From Archangium sp. (GTDB lineage Bacteria > Myxococcota > Myxococcia > Myxococcales > Myxococcaceae), in the NCBI GenBank assembly GCA_046595925.1, contig JBKJSE010000164.1:15260-79259 (forward strand): a DNA stretch of 64,000 nt. Direction: 5' to 3'. The number at the start of each line of letters is the position of its first letter. The stretch's first letter is position 1. The notes under the pieces are model-generated. The model saw nothing but the letters and a program-made list of their open reading frames with translations. It was not told the DNA's origin and searched no databases. Below, one piece after another: positions 55,503 to 64,000 of this stretch. A program made the translations under genes and the position numbers.

Positions 55503-57686
55503 ATGCAGACCTCCGAGCCCAGGAAACGATTGAGGATCAACGGGCAGACGATCGAAGCCGAGCCGCGCGAGACCGTGCTGCAGGCCGCGCTGCGCAACGG
55601 CCTCCCGTTCCCCAACAGCTGTCGCGTCGGGGGCTGCGGTACGTGCAAGTGCCGGCTCGAAGAGGGCCGCGTGAAAGAGCTGACCGAGACCGGCTATCTG
55701 CTCAGCGCCGACGAGCTCGCGCAGAACATGATCCTCGCGTGTCAGAGCGTTCCCCGCTCGGATCTCTGTATCGAAGTGAAGCTCGATCAGCGCGGCGTTC
55801 GCGGCCGCGTGGTGAACAAGGAACTGGTCACCCACGACATCGCGCGCCTCACCCTTCGATTGGAGCGCGCGCTGGACTATCGAGCAGGGCAGTTCGCCCG
55901 CCTGGCGATGGGCGGGGTCAGCGGCGTCTCGCGCAGCTACTCGTTCGGGGCGCCACCCCAAGACGATGGGACCATCGTGTTCTACGTCCGCAAAGTGCCC
56001 GGGGGTCGGCTCTCTTCGGTCATCGTCGACGAAGAGGTGACGGGCCGCGAGGTCACCGTCACTGAGCCCGAAGGAGAGATGTGGCTGCGCCCAGGCGACG
56101 CGCCGCTCTTGCTCATCGCGGGCGGCAGTGGGCTGCCCCCGCTGTTGGCCATGCTCAAAGAGGCGCTCGCGGCCGGGGTCTGTCGCCCGGTCACCTTGCT
56201 CTTCGGCGCGCGCGAGGAGCGCGACCTCTACGCCCGAGAAGAGATCGCTGAAGTTCAGCGCGCCTGGCGTGGACCCTTCGAGTTCATTCCCGTGCTGTCC
56301 GCGGTCGCCCCGGCCTCGACGTGGAGCGGCGAACGCGGGCTCGTCACGGACCAGCTCCCCGGGCGCGTGAAGGAAGGCGCGCACGCCTACCTCTGCGGCC
56401 CGCCCGCAATGGTCGACGGTGCCATCGAACGACTCGTGGGCCAGGGCGTGTCGCGGGCGAACATTCGTTTCGATCGCTTCACCACCTCGGCCGACGTCGC
56501 CAAGCCTGCGCAGGCGACCCGCCCCGTCCTCGACGTGCTGCACTACCTCAAGTTCTCTCTCTTCCACTTCGTGGGCTTGTTCTCGATCGCCGCGCTCCTC
56601 GCAGGGGGCCGGTACACGACGGGCGGTCTGCTCGGCGTGCTCGCGCTCTACATCGTGGGTGACGCCCTGGGCGGGGACGACACCTCGACGCCCGCGTTCA
56701 AGCACCCGCGCGTGCTCACAGCTCAGCTCTGGTTGGGGCTCCCGTTGCTCGCGGCGATCGTGTTCGTCTCGATGTGGACCGTCTGCTCGGGCGATCCACT
56801 CGGGTTCGGCGCGGCCGTGCACCGATGGACCGGGTGGCACGCCCTCGCCGCGCGCGACGCCACGACGTTCGGTCATCACGTCTCGGCGTGGGTGCTGACT
56901 GGGCTGATGATCGGCATGGTGGGCACGGTCACCGCGCACGAGCTCACGCACCGCACGTGGGACCGCGCTTCGATGATGATCGGCCGTTGGCTGTTGGCCT
57001 TCAGCTTCGACACCTCGTTCGCCATCGAGCACGTCTACGGCCACCACCGCTACGTCTCGACGATCGACGACCCGGCGACCGCCCCCCGCGGGCGCAACGT
57101 GTACTTCCACGTCGTGGCCTCCACCCTGAGGGGGAATGGGAGTGCCTGGAAGATCGAGTCAGCGCGGCTGCGCAAGAAGCGACTGGGCGTCTTCTCCGTT
57201 CACAACGCGTTTCTGCGCGGCCACCTGGCCAGCCTGCTCCTCGTCGCCACCGCGTTCGCCATGGGAGGGTGGAAGGCGGCAGCCTTCTTCACGGCGTGCG
57301 CGCTCTGGGGCAAGGCGCTGCTCGAGATCGTCAATTATCTGGAGCACTACGGCATGGTGCGTGACCCCGCGACACCCGTGCAGCCGCGCCACTCGTGGAA
57401 CACCAACCGCAGAGTCAGCTCGTGGAGCATGTTCAACCTGACGCGCCACTCGCACCACCACGCGCAGGGCGAAGTGCCTTTTCACCAGCTCGCGCCGTAC
57501 CCGGACGCGCCGATGATGATCAACGGGTACCTCACCACGATCGTGATCGCGATGGTCCCGCCCCTCTGGCACTGGCTGATGACGCCGAAGGTGCTCGCGT
57601 GGGACCGCGACTTCGCGACCGCGCAGGAAAGGACGCTCGCCGCCCGAGCGAACGCGCTCAGCGGCGTCGGCGGTCTGCGGCGCTGA
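55503..57686 (+). CDS. alkB: fusion protein: plant-type 2Fe-2S ferredoxin + FNR-like FAD/NAD reductase (BenC/MmoC order) + AlkB-type integral-membrane alkane 1-monooxygenase (727 aa)
   Basis: Ferredoxin CRVGGCGTCKC...LACQS. Reductase RSYSF and LLIAGGSGLPPL. AlkB boxes HELTHR, EHVYGHHRYV, NYLEHYG and LTRHSHHHA. Confidence 0.88.
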   Translation: MQTSEPRKRLRINGQTIEAEPRETVLQAALRNGLPFPNSCRVGGCGTCKCRLEEGRVKELTETGYLLSADELAQNMILACQSVPRSDLCIEVKLDQRGVRGRVVNKELVTHDIARLTLRLERALDYRAGQFARLAMGGVSGVSRSYSFGAPPQDDGTIVFYVRKVPGGRLSSVIVDEEVTGREVTVTEPEGEMWLRPGDAPLLLIAGGSGLPPLLAMLKEALAAGVCRPVTLLFGAREERDLYAREEIAEVQRAWRGPFEFIPVLSAVAPASTWSGERGLVTDQLPGRVKEGAHAYLCGPPAMVDGAIERLVGQGVSRANIRFDRFTTSADVAKPAQATRPVLDVLHYLKFSLFHFVGLFSIAALLAGGRYTTGGLLGVLALYIVGDALGGDDTSTPAFKHPRVLTAQLWLGLPLLAAIVFVSMWTVCSGDPLGFGAAVHRWTGWHALAARDATTFGHHVSAWVLTGLMIGMVGTVTAHELTHRTWDRASMMIGRWLLAFSFDTSFAIEHVYGHHRYVSTIDDPATAPRGRNVYFHVVASTLRGNGSAWKIESARLRKKRLGVFSVHNAFLRGHLASLLLVATAFAMGGWKAAAFFTACALWGKALLEIVNYLEHYGMVRDPATPVQPRHSWNTNRRVSSWSMFNLTRHSHHHAQGEVPFHQLAPYPDAPMMINGYLTTIVIAMVPPLWHWLMTPKVLAWDRDFATAQERTLAARANALSGVGGLRR

Positions 57687-57688
57687 CG

Positions 57689-60052
57689 TCACGCCTCGTA
57701 CGAGAGCGCCGCGTACGTCGGCACCTTCAAGGCCGCGCGCGCAGGAAACCAGCTGGCGAGCAGTCCGAAGCTGAAGGTGACGACCGCGGTGATGACGACG
57801 CCGAGCGGACTGAACGTCGGCTCGAGCTGACCGCCGGGGCCCATCATCAGCACAGAGAAGAAGCCCGTCGCCACCCAGGTCAGCGGCACCGCCAGCATCA
57901 GGCCCAGCGCCACCCCGAGCGCGCTCATCACCAGCCCCTCGCGGCGCAGCAACAGCAGGACCGCCGCGGGGCTCGCCCCGATGGCTCGCATCACCCCCAG
58001 CTCGCGCGTTCGCGTGATGACCGCGACCCCGGTGGCCGAGGCGTTGCCCAACGCGCTCACGAGCAGCACCAGGAAGGACAACATCAGCAACACAGCCAGA
58101 ATGATGTCGAGGTGCTCGAAGATGATGCGCACCCGCTCGACGTGGGCCATCACGTACAGCACCTTCAACCGCGAGCCCACCACCGCCCGCTCGACGTCGG
58201 CCTTCAACGCCATCACTGCGGCGTCGTCATCGCGCTGCGCGACGAAGAGCAACGTCGTCACCAGGCCCGGGCGATGGAAGCGCGCCTCGAAGTCGGCCTC
58301 ATCGAGATACAGCTTGGACTTCTCGAATTGTTGAGCGAGCCCCACGAGCGTGGCCGTCGCGCGCTCAGCCCCGATGGCCACCTCGATGCGGCTGCCCACC
58401 GCCGGCTTCCCGTAGGCGGCCCAGCCCTGCTGGTTGAGCACCACCTCGAGCCCCGACCCCGGCTGCAGCCAGCGCCCCTCGCTGAGCCGCAGGTGCAGCA
58501 GCGTCGAGTCGCGCGGCAGCGCCACCACCCCCACCCCTTCGCGGGTTCCGAGCACGCGTGACTGCACTTCGCCCTGGCCTCCGCTCCAGGTCTCGATGCG
58601 CGCGACGTTGGGCAGACCCGAGAAGGGCGCGAGCGCTTCGCGCCGATCGGTGGCCGCGCCGAGGGCAACGACCACGTCGTAGCGGTTCTCGTCTCTCACG
58701 TTCGAGAGCAGGCGCCCGAGCGCGGCGCGCACGTTGAAGCCCGACGCGAAGATGGCGACGCCCAGGCCCATCGAGAGCACCGTCACCACCAACCGCGCGC
58801 GGTCGCGCAGCACGTTGCGAAAGGCCAACTGCCACGCGGGCGACACCGTGCCCCGACGAACCCGACGACGCCCCACCACGACCCTCGAGGCCACGTCCCG
58901 CAGCGCCTCCTTCACGCTGAGCCGCGTTCCGCGAAGCAGCGTGGGCAGCGAGAAGAGCAAGGGCAGCGCGAGGCTCGAGGCGACCAGCACGGCCAGCGCC
59001 TCGAGCGGGACCCCGCGGGTCAGGAGGTCGAAGTTGAGGGTGGCCGCGACGAACGCCGAGAAGGCGCGCCCCGTGAGCGCCGCGAGCGGCACGCCGACCA
59101 GCCCGGCCGAAAGGCCCATGGCCAACGAGGTCATCACGGCGACGCGCAGCACCTGACCTCGGGTCGCGCCGATGGCCTTGAGCACGCCTATCTGCCGCAC
59201 CTGCCCGGCGAGCACCGCGCGCATCGCCTGCGAGACGAGCACCGCGGCCATCGCGAAGGCGAGCGCGCCGATGGCGCTGACGAGAAACAGCAGCGTGTCG
59301 AGCTGCCACTGGTGCGGGTGTTGCTCGAACCTCAGCACCTCGGTCGACGACACCGTCACGCCCTGCGTCCCCAGCGCACGGACGAGAGAGTCGGCCCGCC
59401 GGCGAACGTCGTCTGCCGATTGAACCCCCCTGAGGCGCACCATGAGGCGTCGGCCCCCGGGCTCGCCGGTCATCGCCGAGAAGGTGGGCCTGTCGGCGTA
59501 GGCATAAATGAAGGCGTCCTGGGTCGCAGGCGCCTGGCTGGCGTCGAAGGTGATGCCACTGATGGGCAAGGTGCGCAGCTGGGCGCCCACGCGAATTCTC
59601 GGCGCATCGCCCACGCCGAACGACGCGACCTTCAGGCCATCGCGCTCGAGCAGCACGGTGCCCGGCGGTGGCACGCGGGCGCCGCGTTGGGGCGACAGCC
59701 GGCCCACCGGCGCGTCTTCGAAGGTCTCGACGCCGTAGAGATAGAGGGGAAGCCAGGTGTCGGGTCGCACCTCGATTCGATGCAGCGCGAAGTCGCGCAA
59801 CGTGGCTGCTTCCACCTCGGGCCGCGCGCTGAACGCGCCGAGGTCGAGCGCGGCGAAGTCGCTCGAGGTGAGCACCACGTGCGGCGGCCGCGTGCGCTGA
59901 AAGTTCTCGTTGAGGTCGGCATCGAGAATGCGCGACGCCACCAGCGGCATGCCCATGCCCCACAGGCCCAGCGTCAGGGCCCCGACGACCAGCGCCGTGC
60001 GACGAGGCTGGAGCGTCAGCTCGCGCATCGAAAGCGTCAGCTGCAGCTTCAT
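57689..60052 (-). CDS. ABC transporter permease, MacB/FtsX-like with duplicated FtsX domains (787 aa)
   Basis: Two FtsX-type 4-TM modules (GVLKAIGATRGQV.., LGVMRAIGASPAAV..) with large periplasmic loops. ATGA overlap with the ATPase gene. Confidence 0.88.
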   Translation of the reverse strand: MKLQLTLSMRELTLQPRRTALVVGALTLGLWGMGMPLVASRILDADLNENFQRTRPPHVVLTSSDFAALDLGAFSARPEVEAATLRDFALHRIEVRPDTWLPLYLYGVETFEDAPVGRLSPQRGARVPPPGTVLLERDGLKVASFGVGDAPRIRVGAQLRTLPISGITFDASQAPATQDAFIYAYADRPTFSAMTGEPGGRRLMVRLRGVQSADDVRRRADSLVRALGTQGVTVSSTEVLRFEQHPHQWQLDTLLFLVSAIGALAFAMAAVLVSQAMRAVLAGQVRQIGVLKAIGATRGQVLRVAVMTSLAMGLSAGLVGVPLAALTGRAFSAFVAATLNFDLLTRGVPLEALAVLVASSLALPLLFSLPTLLRGTRLSVKEALRDVASRVVVGRRRVRRGTVSPAWQLAFRNVLRDRARLVVTVLSMGLGVAIFASGFNVRAALGRLLSNVRDENRYDVVVALGAATDRREALAPFSGLPNVARIETWSGGQGEVQSRVLGTREGVGVVALPRDSTLLHLRLSEGRWLQPGSGLEVVLNQQGWAAYGKPAVGSRIEVAIGAERATATLVGLAQQFEKSKLYLDEADFEARFHRPGLVTTLLFVAQRDDDAAVMALKADVERAVVGSRLKVLYVMAHVERVRIIFEHLDIILAVLLMLSFLVLLVSALGNASATGVAVITRTRELGVMRAIGASPAAVLLLLRREGLVMSALGVALGLMLAVPLTWVATGFFSVLMMGPGGQLEPTFSPLGVVITAVVTFSFGLLASWFPARAALKVPTYAALSYEA

Positions 60053-60747
60053 GAGACCCGCCCATCGACGACCGTCACCACGCGCGAGCAGCTCGCCGCC
60101 ACGGCCTGATCGTGCGTCACCACCACCACCGTCTTGCCGCGCCGCGCCAGCTCTGCCAGCAGCGCGCAGATGGCCTTCGCGGTCTCGCCGTCGAGGTTGC
60201 CGGTCGGCTCGTCGGCGACGAGCAGTGCGGGGTCGTTGGCCAACGCCCGGGCGATCGCCACGCGCTGCTGCTCACCCCCTGACAGCGAGGAAGGCAGCTC
60301 GTCGGCCTGGTCGGCGATTCCCACCTCTTCGAGCAGTCGCTGCACGCGCGACTCACGGGCCGCGGAGGGGACGACGTCGACCAGCTCCATCGCGAGCAGC
60401 ACGTTCTCACGCACGCTCAGGGTGGCGATGAGCTGGAAGAACTGGAAGACGATGCCGATGTGGCGGCCCCGGAAGGTGGCCAGCTCGCCTTCGCTCAGCG
60501 TCCCCAGCTCGATGCCCGCCACGCGCACGGTGCCCGCACTGGGTCGGTCGATGCCGGTGAGCATGTTGAGGAGCGTCGACTTGCCGCTGCCGGAGCGGCC
60601 GACGATCGCCACGTGCTCACCGGGCGCGATCGTCAAGGACACCTCGTGGAGCGCGGTGAAGGCCCGCTGCGCCGACTGGTACCGCCGGGTCACGCCCTCG
60701 AGGTGGACGGCGCCGGCCTGCTGGTCTGATTGTTCGGTTGTGGACAT
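60049..60747 (-). CDS. ABC transporter ATP-binding protein (MacB/LolD type)
   Basis: Walker A GRSGSGKST, signature LSGGEQQRVAIARAL, Walker B LLVADEPTGNLD. ATG at 60747 is preferred. The alternative ATG at 60756 would sit 2 nt from the divergent TetR ATG. Confidence 0.9.
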   Translation of the reverse strand: MSTTEQSDQQAGAVHLEGVTRRYQSAQRAFTALHEVSLTIAPGEHVAIVGRSGSGKSTLLNMLTGIDRPSAGTVRVAGIELGTLSEGELATFRGRHIGIVFQFFQLIATLSVRENVLLAMELVDVVPSAARESRVQRLLEEVGIADQADELPSSLSGGEQQRVAIARALANDPALLVADEPTGNLDGETAKAICALLAELARRGKTVVVVTHDQAVAASCSRVVTVVDGRVS

Positions 60748-60758
60748 GATGTCCATCT

Positions 60759-61382
60759 ATGGCCCCCCGACCCAAAGCCGCCATCGACACCCGGGCGCGA
60801 ACGTCCAAAAGCAGACAGTCGGCCCCGAGTGTCCAGGAAGACCGCCGCGTGCGCCGTACGCAGCGCCAGCTCAGAGAATCGCTGGTGACCCTGATGCTCG
60901 AGCGGGGGTGGGACGCGGTCACGGTGCGCGACGTGTGCGAGCACGCCGACGTCGGCCGCTCGACCTTCTACCTTCACTTCGCCGACAAGGAGAGCCTGTT
61001 GCTCAGCGGCTTCGATGAGCTCCAGGCGGCGATGGCCGCGCTGCCCCACGACCCCAAGGCGCCGTTCACCTTCGCCGAGGCGCTGCTGACGCACGCGGCC
61101 CAGAACGAGCGGGTCTTCAGGCTGGTGGTGGGGCGGCAGAGCGGGCAGCAGGTGCAGTGGCGCTTTCGAGACGTGCTGGTCTCGCTCGTTCGCGCTGAGC
61201 TCGCTGCGCTGAAGGTCCCGGCTGCGAGCCGCGCGATGACGGCCCGGTTTCTCGCCGGCGGCTTTCTGGAGTTCCTGGCCGAGCTGCTCGACAACCCGCG
61301 CGCCCAGCGACCCGCGCCGCTGGCCGAGCGCTTCCGGGCTCTGGCGATGGGGGTGCTCGAGGTCAGCCAGCGCCAGACGTGA
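60759..61382 (+). CDS. TetR-family transcriptional regulator
   Basis: HTH LRESLVTLMLERGWDAVTVRDVCEHADVGRSTFYLHFADKE. The start may instead be the GTG at 60849. Confidence 0.8.
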   Translation: MAPRPKAAIDTRARTSKSRQSAPSVQEDRRVRRTQRQLRESLVTLMLERGWDAVTVRDVCEHADVGRSTFYLHFADKESLLLSGFDELQAAMAALPHDPKAPFTFAEALLTHAAQNERVFRLVVGRQSGQQVQWRFRDVLVSLVRAELAALKVPAASRAMTARFLAGGFLEFLAELLDNPRAQRPAPLAERFRALAMGVLEVSQRQT

Positions 61383-61433
61383 TTCACGTCGAGGTCGACG
61401 AGCCCCCGGGAACCGGAAAAGCGGCCCTGCACT

Positions 61434-63269
61434 TCAGCCGTTGCGAATCGCGGGCGAAGGCCGCGGGGGCGTGAGCGCGCCCGAACGCGTCTCGGTGGTG
61501 GGCGGAAACCGCACCGTGAAGGTGGTGCCTTCGCCTTCATCGTTTCGCCGCGCCGTGATTTCCCCCATGTGCGCGTCGACGATGCGTTTGACGACCGCCA
61601 GGCCCAGCCCCGTGCCGGTGGCCTTGGTGGTGAAGAACGGCTGGAACATCTTCTCTGCCGCGCGCTGCGTGAGGCCGACCCCCTGGTCCTGCACGCGCAC
61701 GGTGAGCCAGGGTACGCCGTTGACCTGCTCTACGGTGGCGCGCACCGTCACCGTGCCACCCCGCGGCATGGCCTGGGCCGCGTTGACGATGAGGTTCACC
61801 AGCGCCTGCTTGAGCAGATGAGCGTCGAGCGGGAACGCGGGCAGCTCACGCGGGAACTCGGTCAAGACGCGCACGCTGGAATGCAGCGTCGACTGGGCCG
61901 CGGCGTCCACCGCGCTGGCGATGATCGGCTCGACCGCCATCGGCTTCTTCACCAGCTCGTACGGACGCACGAAGTCGAGCAGGTCACCGACGATGCGGTT
62001 CAAACGATCGGCTTCTTCACCGACCATGTTGAGCAACATCTCGGAGTCACCCGTCGGCCGCAGCAGCCGCTTGAGCGTGGTCAACGAATTGAAAATCACG
62101 CCGAGGGGGTTTCGCACCTCGTGCGCCATCACCGCCGCGAGCTCACCCAGCGCGGCGAGCCGCTCGTGCCGCACCAGCTCTTGCTGCGTGCGCGCCAGCT
62201 CGTCGTAGGACGTCTTCAGATCGCCGTAGAGCCGGTTCGCCTCGTCGTAGAGCCGCGCGCGCTCGAGCTGAGAGGCCATCTGCACGCCGAGGATCTCAGC
62301 CGACCGAATGTCGTGTTCCGCGTAGGCGACTTCACGTTTGCGAGCCAGCGAGAGCAGCCCCACCGGCCTGCCCTCGATGGCCAGCGGCACGATGGCCATG
62401 TGCATCAGCCCCTCGGCGATCAACACGTCCGAGCCGTGAGGAAGACTCTTCGCGGCCATCGCCAGCGGCGCGCGGGCCAGCGGGTTCTCGTGATCGATGC
62501 GAAAGCGGCGGTAGATCTCGACCAGCGGCCCTTCGTACCCAAACGCGTCGCCCACCAGGTGGTACTCGCTCGACTCGACATCGAACCGATGCAGCATGCC
62601 GCAGTCACTCTCGGTGGTGCGGCACACCGTCTCGAGCGCACGGCGGCACAACGCGCGCAAATCAGCGCGGGGGCCTGACACGGCCAGCTCGTGCACGAGG
62701 TCGAGCTCGGCACGGCGCCGCTCCAGCTGCTCGAGCCCCTCGCAGACCTCGATGGCCGAGCCGAGCTGCAGCGCGAACAGGCGAAGGCTCGCCAGATCTG
62801 CTTCGCCGACGTCGTCGTGCATCAACACCAGCGCGCCCCACTGCGACTGGCGCACCTGCAGCGCCGCAACCACGCCCACATCGGGCGTCTGCAAGAGCGC
62901 CTCGGCAGGCACGGGCCGGCCTTGCGCCTGGCCGTACGCGCGAATCACCTGGCGGAAGTGAGGCACCAGCACCGGGATCTTCTGGGTCGTGGCGCTGAGG
63001 AAGGCGCCCCCCGTCCTGATGGGCTGCCGATCACCGGGCACCAGGCTCGCCCTGAGCACCTGGTGATGCGGCTTGGCCGACACGTAGCGAATGGCATAGC
63101 CCGACGCGTCGAGCGCGATGATCGCCACCTCGAAACCGAATCGCTCCAGCGCCTGACCGGCCGCAGGCAGCAGCTCGCTCATCAAACGGGTGCGCTGAAC
63201 CTCGAGCGCGGCCTCCGTCAAGGCCGTCAACAGCCCGTCGCCGTGTAAAAGCGCTTTCGAAGTGGACAT
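61434..63269 (-). CDS. sensor histidine kinase with tandem GAF-like domains
   Basis: H-box LAAVMAHEVRNPL. N, G1 and G2 boxes (NLIVNAAQAM, QDQGVGL, GTGLGLAV). N-terminal GAF-like regions. Confidence 0.88.
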   Translation of the reverse strand: MSTSKALLHGDGLLTALTEAALEVQRTRLMSELLPAAGQALERFGFEVAIIALDASGYAIRYVSAKPHHQVLRASLVPGDRQPIRTGGAFLSATTQKIPVLVPHFRQVIRAYGQAQGRPVPAEALLQTPDVGVVAALQVRQSQWGALVLMHDDVGEADLASLRLFALQLGSAIEVCEGLEQLERRRAELDLVHELAVSGPRADLRALCRRALETVCRTTESDCGMLHRFDVESSEYHLVGDAFGYEGPLVEIYRRFRIDHENPLARAPLAMAAKSLPHGSDVLIAEGLMHMAIVPLAIEGRPVGLLSLARKREVAYAEHDIRSAEILGVQMASQLERARLYDEANRLYGDLKTSYDELARTQQELVRHERLAALGELAAVMAHEVRNPLGVIFNSLTTLKRLLRPTGDSEMLLNMVGEEADRLNRIVGDLLDFVRPYELVKKPMAVEPIIASAVDAAAQSTLHSSVRVLTEFPRELPAFPLDAHLLKQALVNLIVNAAQAMPRGGTVTVRATVEQVNGVPWLTVRVQDQGVGLTQRAAEKMFQPFFTTKATGTGLGLAVVKRIVDAHMGEITARRNDEGEGTTFTVRFPPTTETRSGALTPPRPSPAIRNG

Positions 63270-63371
63270 CGACGCTCCCGAATTGGGCCCTGTGACTCTC
63301 AGGACTCAAGAAAAGTACCCTGAAAACAGGGATTTACGAAACATTGAGGTGTGAACAGCGGATAACACCGC

Positions 63372-64000
63372 ATGCGCAGCCTGATCGCCATCTTCACCCT
63401 CGCCGCTTCCACCGCTTTTGCTGCTCCCTGCGTCGAGCTGCCTGTGCTCTTCATCGTGCAAGACAAGTCGGGCTCGATGAACTTCGCCCCTGATGGCACT
63501 GCGGCGTCCACCACCAATCCTTCCAAGTGGAGCATCGCCCGCCAGGTGGTCCCTGCGCTGGCCACCAACTTCAATAACCGCTTCCGCTTCGGCGCAGCGA
63601 TGTACCCCCAGAGCACGACCACCTTCAACTGCACGACCGGCACGGTGGTCACGCCCATCGCCGACACGACGACGGGCATCACCACCGCCTACAACACCGC
63701 CGTTCCCGGTGGCGGTACGCCGACGGCGGCGTCCCTCCTCGCCGTCAGGACCCACCTGCTGGCCCAGGGGCTGAACACGCCGGCCTACGTGCTGCTGATC
63801 ACCGACGGCCTGCCCAACTGCAACACGGCGCTCGACCCGAACGCGTGCTCGCCCACCACTCCGGGCTGTGGCCCGACGCCGGCGACCAGCACGTGCGCGC
63901 TGGGCTCGAAGGACTGCCTCGACAACACCGCGACCGTCTCGGCGGCGCAGCAGCTCTTCGCTTCGAACATCAAGGTCTTCGTGGTCGGCTTCGACGCCGC
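63372..64000 (+). CDS. secreted von Willebrand factor type A (VWA) domain protein with Cys-rich inserts, 5-prime partial (runs off the window)
   Basis: Absent from the ORF track because it has no stop. ATG at 63372, signal peptide MRSLIAIFTLAASTAFA, MIDAS motif VQDKSGSM, then GGGTPTAASL and LLITDGLPNC. Confidence 0.75.
   Translation, partial: MRSLIAIFTLAASTAFAAPCVELPVLFIVQDKSGSMNFAPDGTAASTTNPSKWSIARQVVPALATNFNNRFRFGAAMYPQSTTTFNCTTGTVVTPIADTTTGITTAYNTAVPGGGTPTAASLLAVRTHLLAQGLNTPAYVLLITDGLPNCNTALDPNACSPTTPGCGPTPATSTCALGSKDCLDNTATVSAAQQLFASNIKVFVVGFDA

Noticed and set aside
55209-57110. 633-aa minus-strand ORF, and 57395-58561 / 58365-60065
   Set aside because: They are antisense or off-frame relative to the AlkB fusion and the FtsX permease genes, both of which carry clear family motifs.
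63348-63369. lacO-like string GGTGTGAACAGCGGATAACACC just upstream of the VWA gene ATG
   Set aside because: It shares GCGGATAACA with lac operator O1 but has a 3-nt insertion. Only a 5-bp terminal inverted repeat is present, and no LacI-family gene lies nearby. It is most likely coincidence and not vector contamination.

Overview
Very GC-rich chromosomal segment; third codon positions are almost all G/C (composition not computed). It has the hallmarks of a myxobacterium (Myxococcota): a MYXO-CTERM-type sorting tag, a TIGR02265/DUF2378-like paralog, eukaryotic-like Ser/Thr kinases, a sigma-54 enhancer-binding protein, and many huge Cys- and Gly-rich lipoproteins. I can support about 45 protein-coding genes. 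I saw no rRNA, tRNA or CRISPR array. Most long ORFs in the six-frame track are antisense or off-frame shadows typical of high-GC DNA. Recognisable content: a DabB-DabA inorganic-carbon pump with a divergent LysR regulator (8.7-13.8 kb); two Ser/Thr kinase operons; a cell-envelope island (27.5-44.4 kb) holding a sigma-54 EBP, a 2668-codon Ig-repeat adhesin ORF, two Cys-repeat lipoproteins and a CLC-F-type fluoride channel; a GNAT / TPR-adenylate cyclase / kinase cluster; a thiolase-TetR operon; an AraC-controlled ferredoxin-reductase-AlkB fusion; a MacB-like ABC exporter; and several two-component sensors. The most notable observations follow. (1) The 2668-codon ORF carries a complete MYXO-CTERM tag internally, followed in frame by a second signal peptide and an OmpA/TSP3 protein. 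A TGATGA double stop lies one frame away at the junction, so this looks like a TraA/TraB-like pair fused or frameshifted. (2) An uncharacterised three-gene envelope operon (14.9-22.6 kb) encodes a 1532-aa lipoprotein whose C-terminus is faintly TcA-like. (3) Four lipoproteins share the same N-terminal layout: lipobox, small Cys knot, poly-Gly tether. (4) A self-sufficient AlkB fusion. (5) A 184-bp MITE-like inverted-repeat element and a TetR-type palindrome lie upstream of the thiolase gene. (6) A minimal nucleotidyltransferase cassette is interrupted by an in-frame amber codon. All family assignments come from motif recognition by eye and need HMM or BLAST confirmation.
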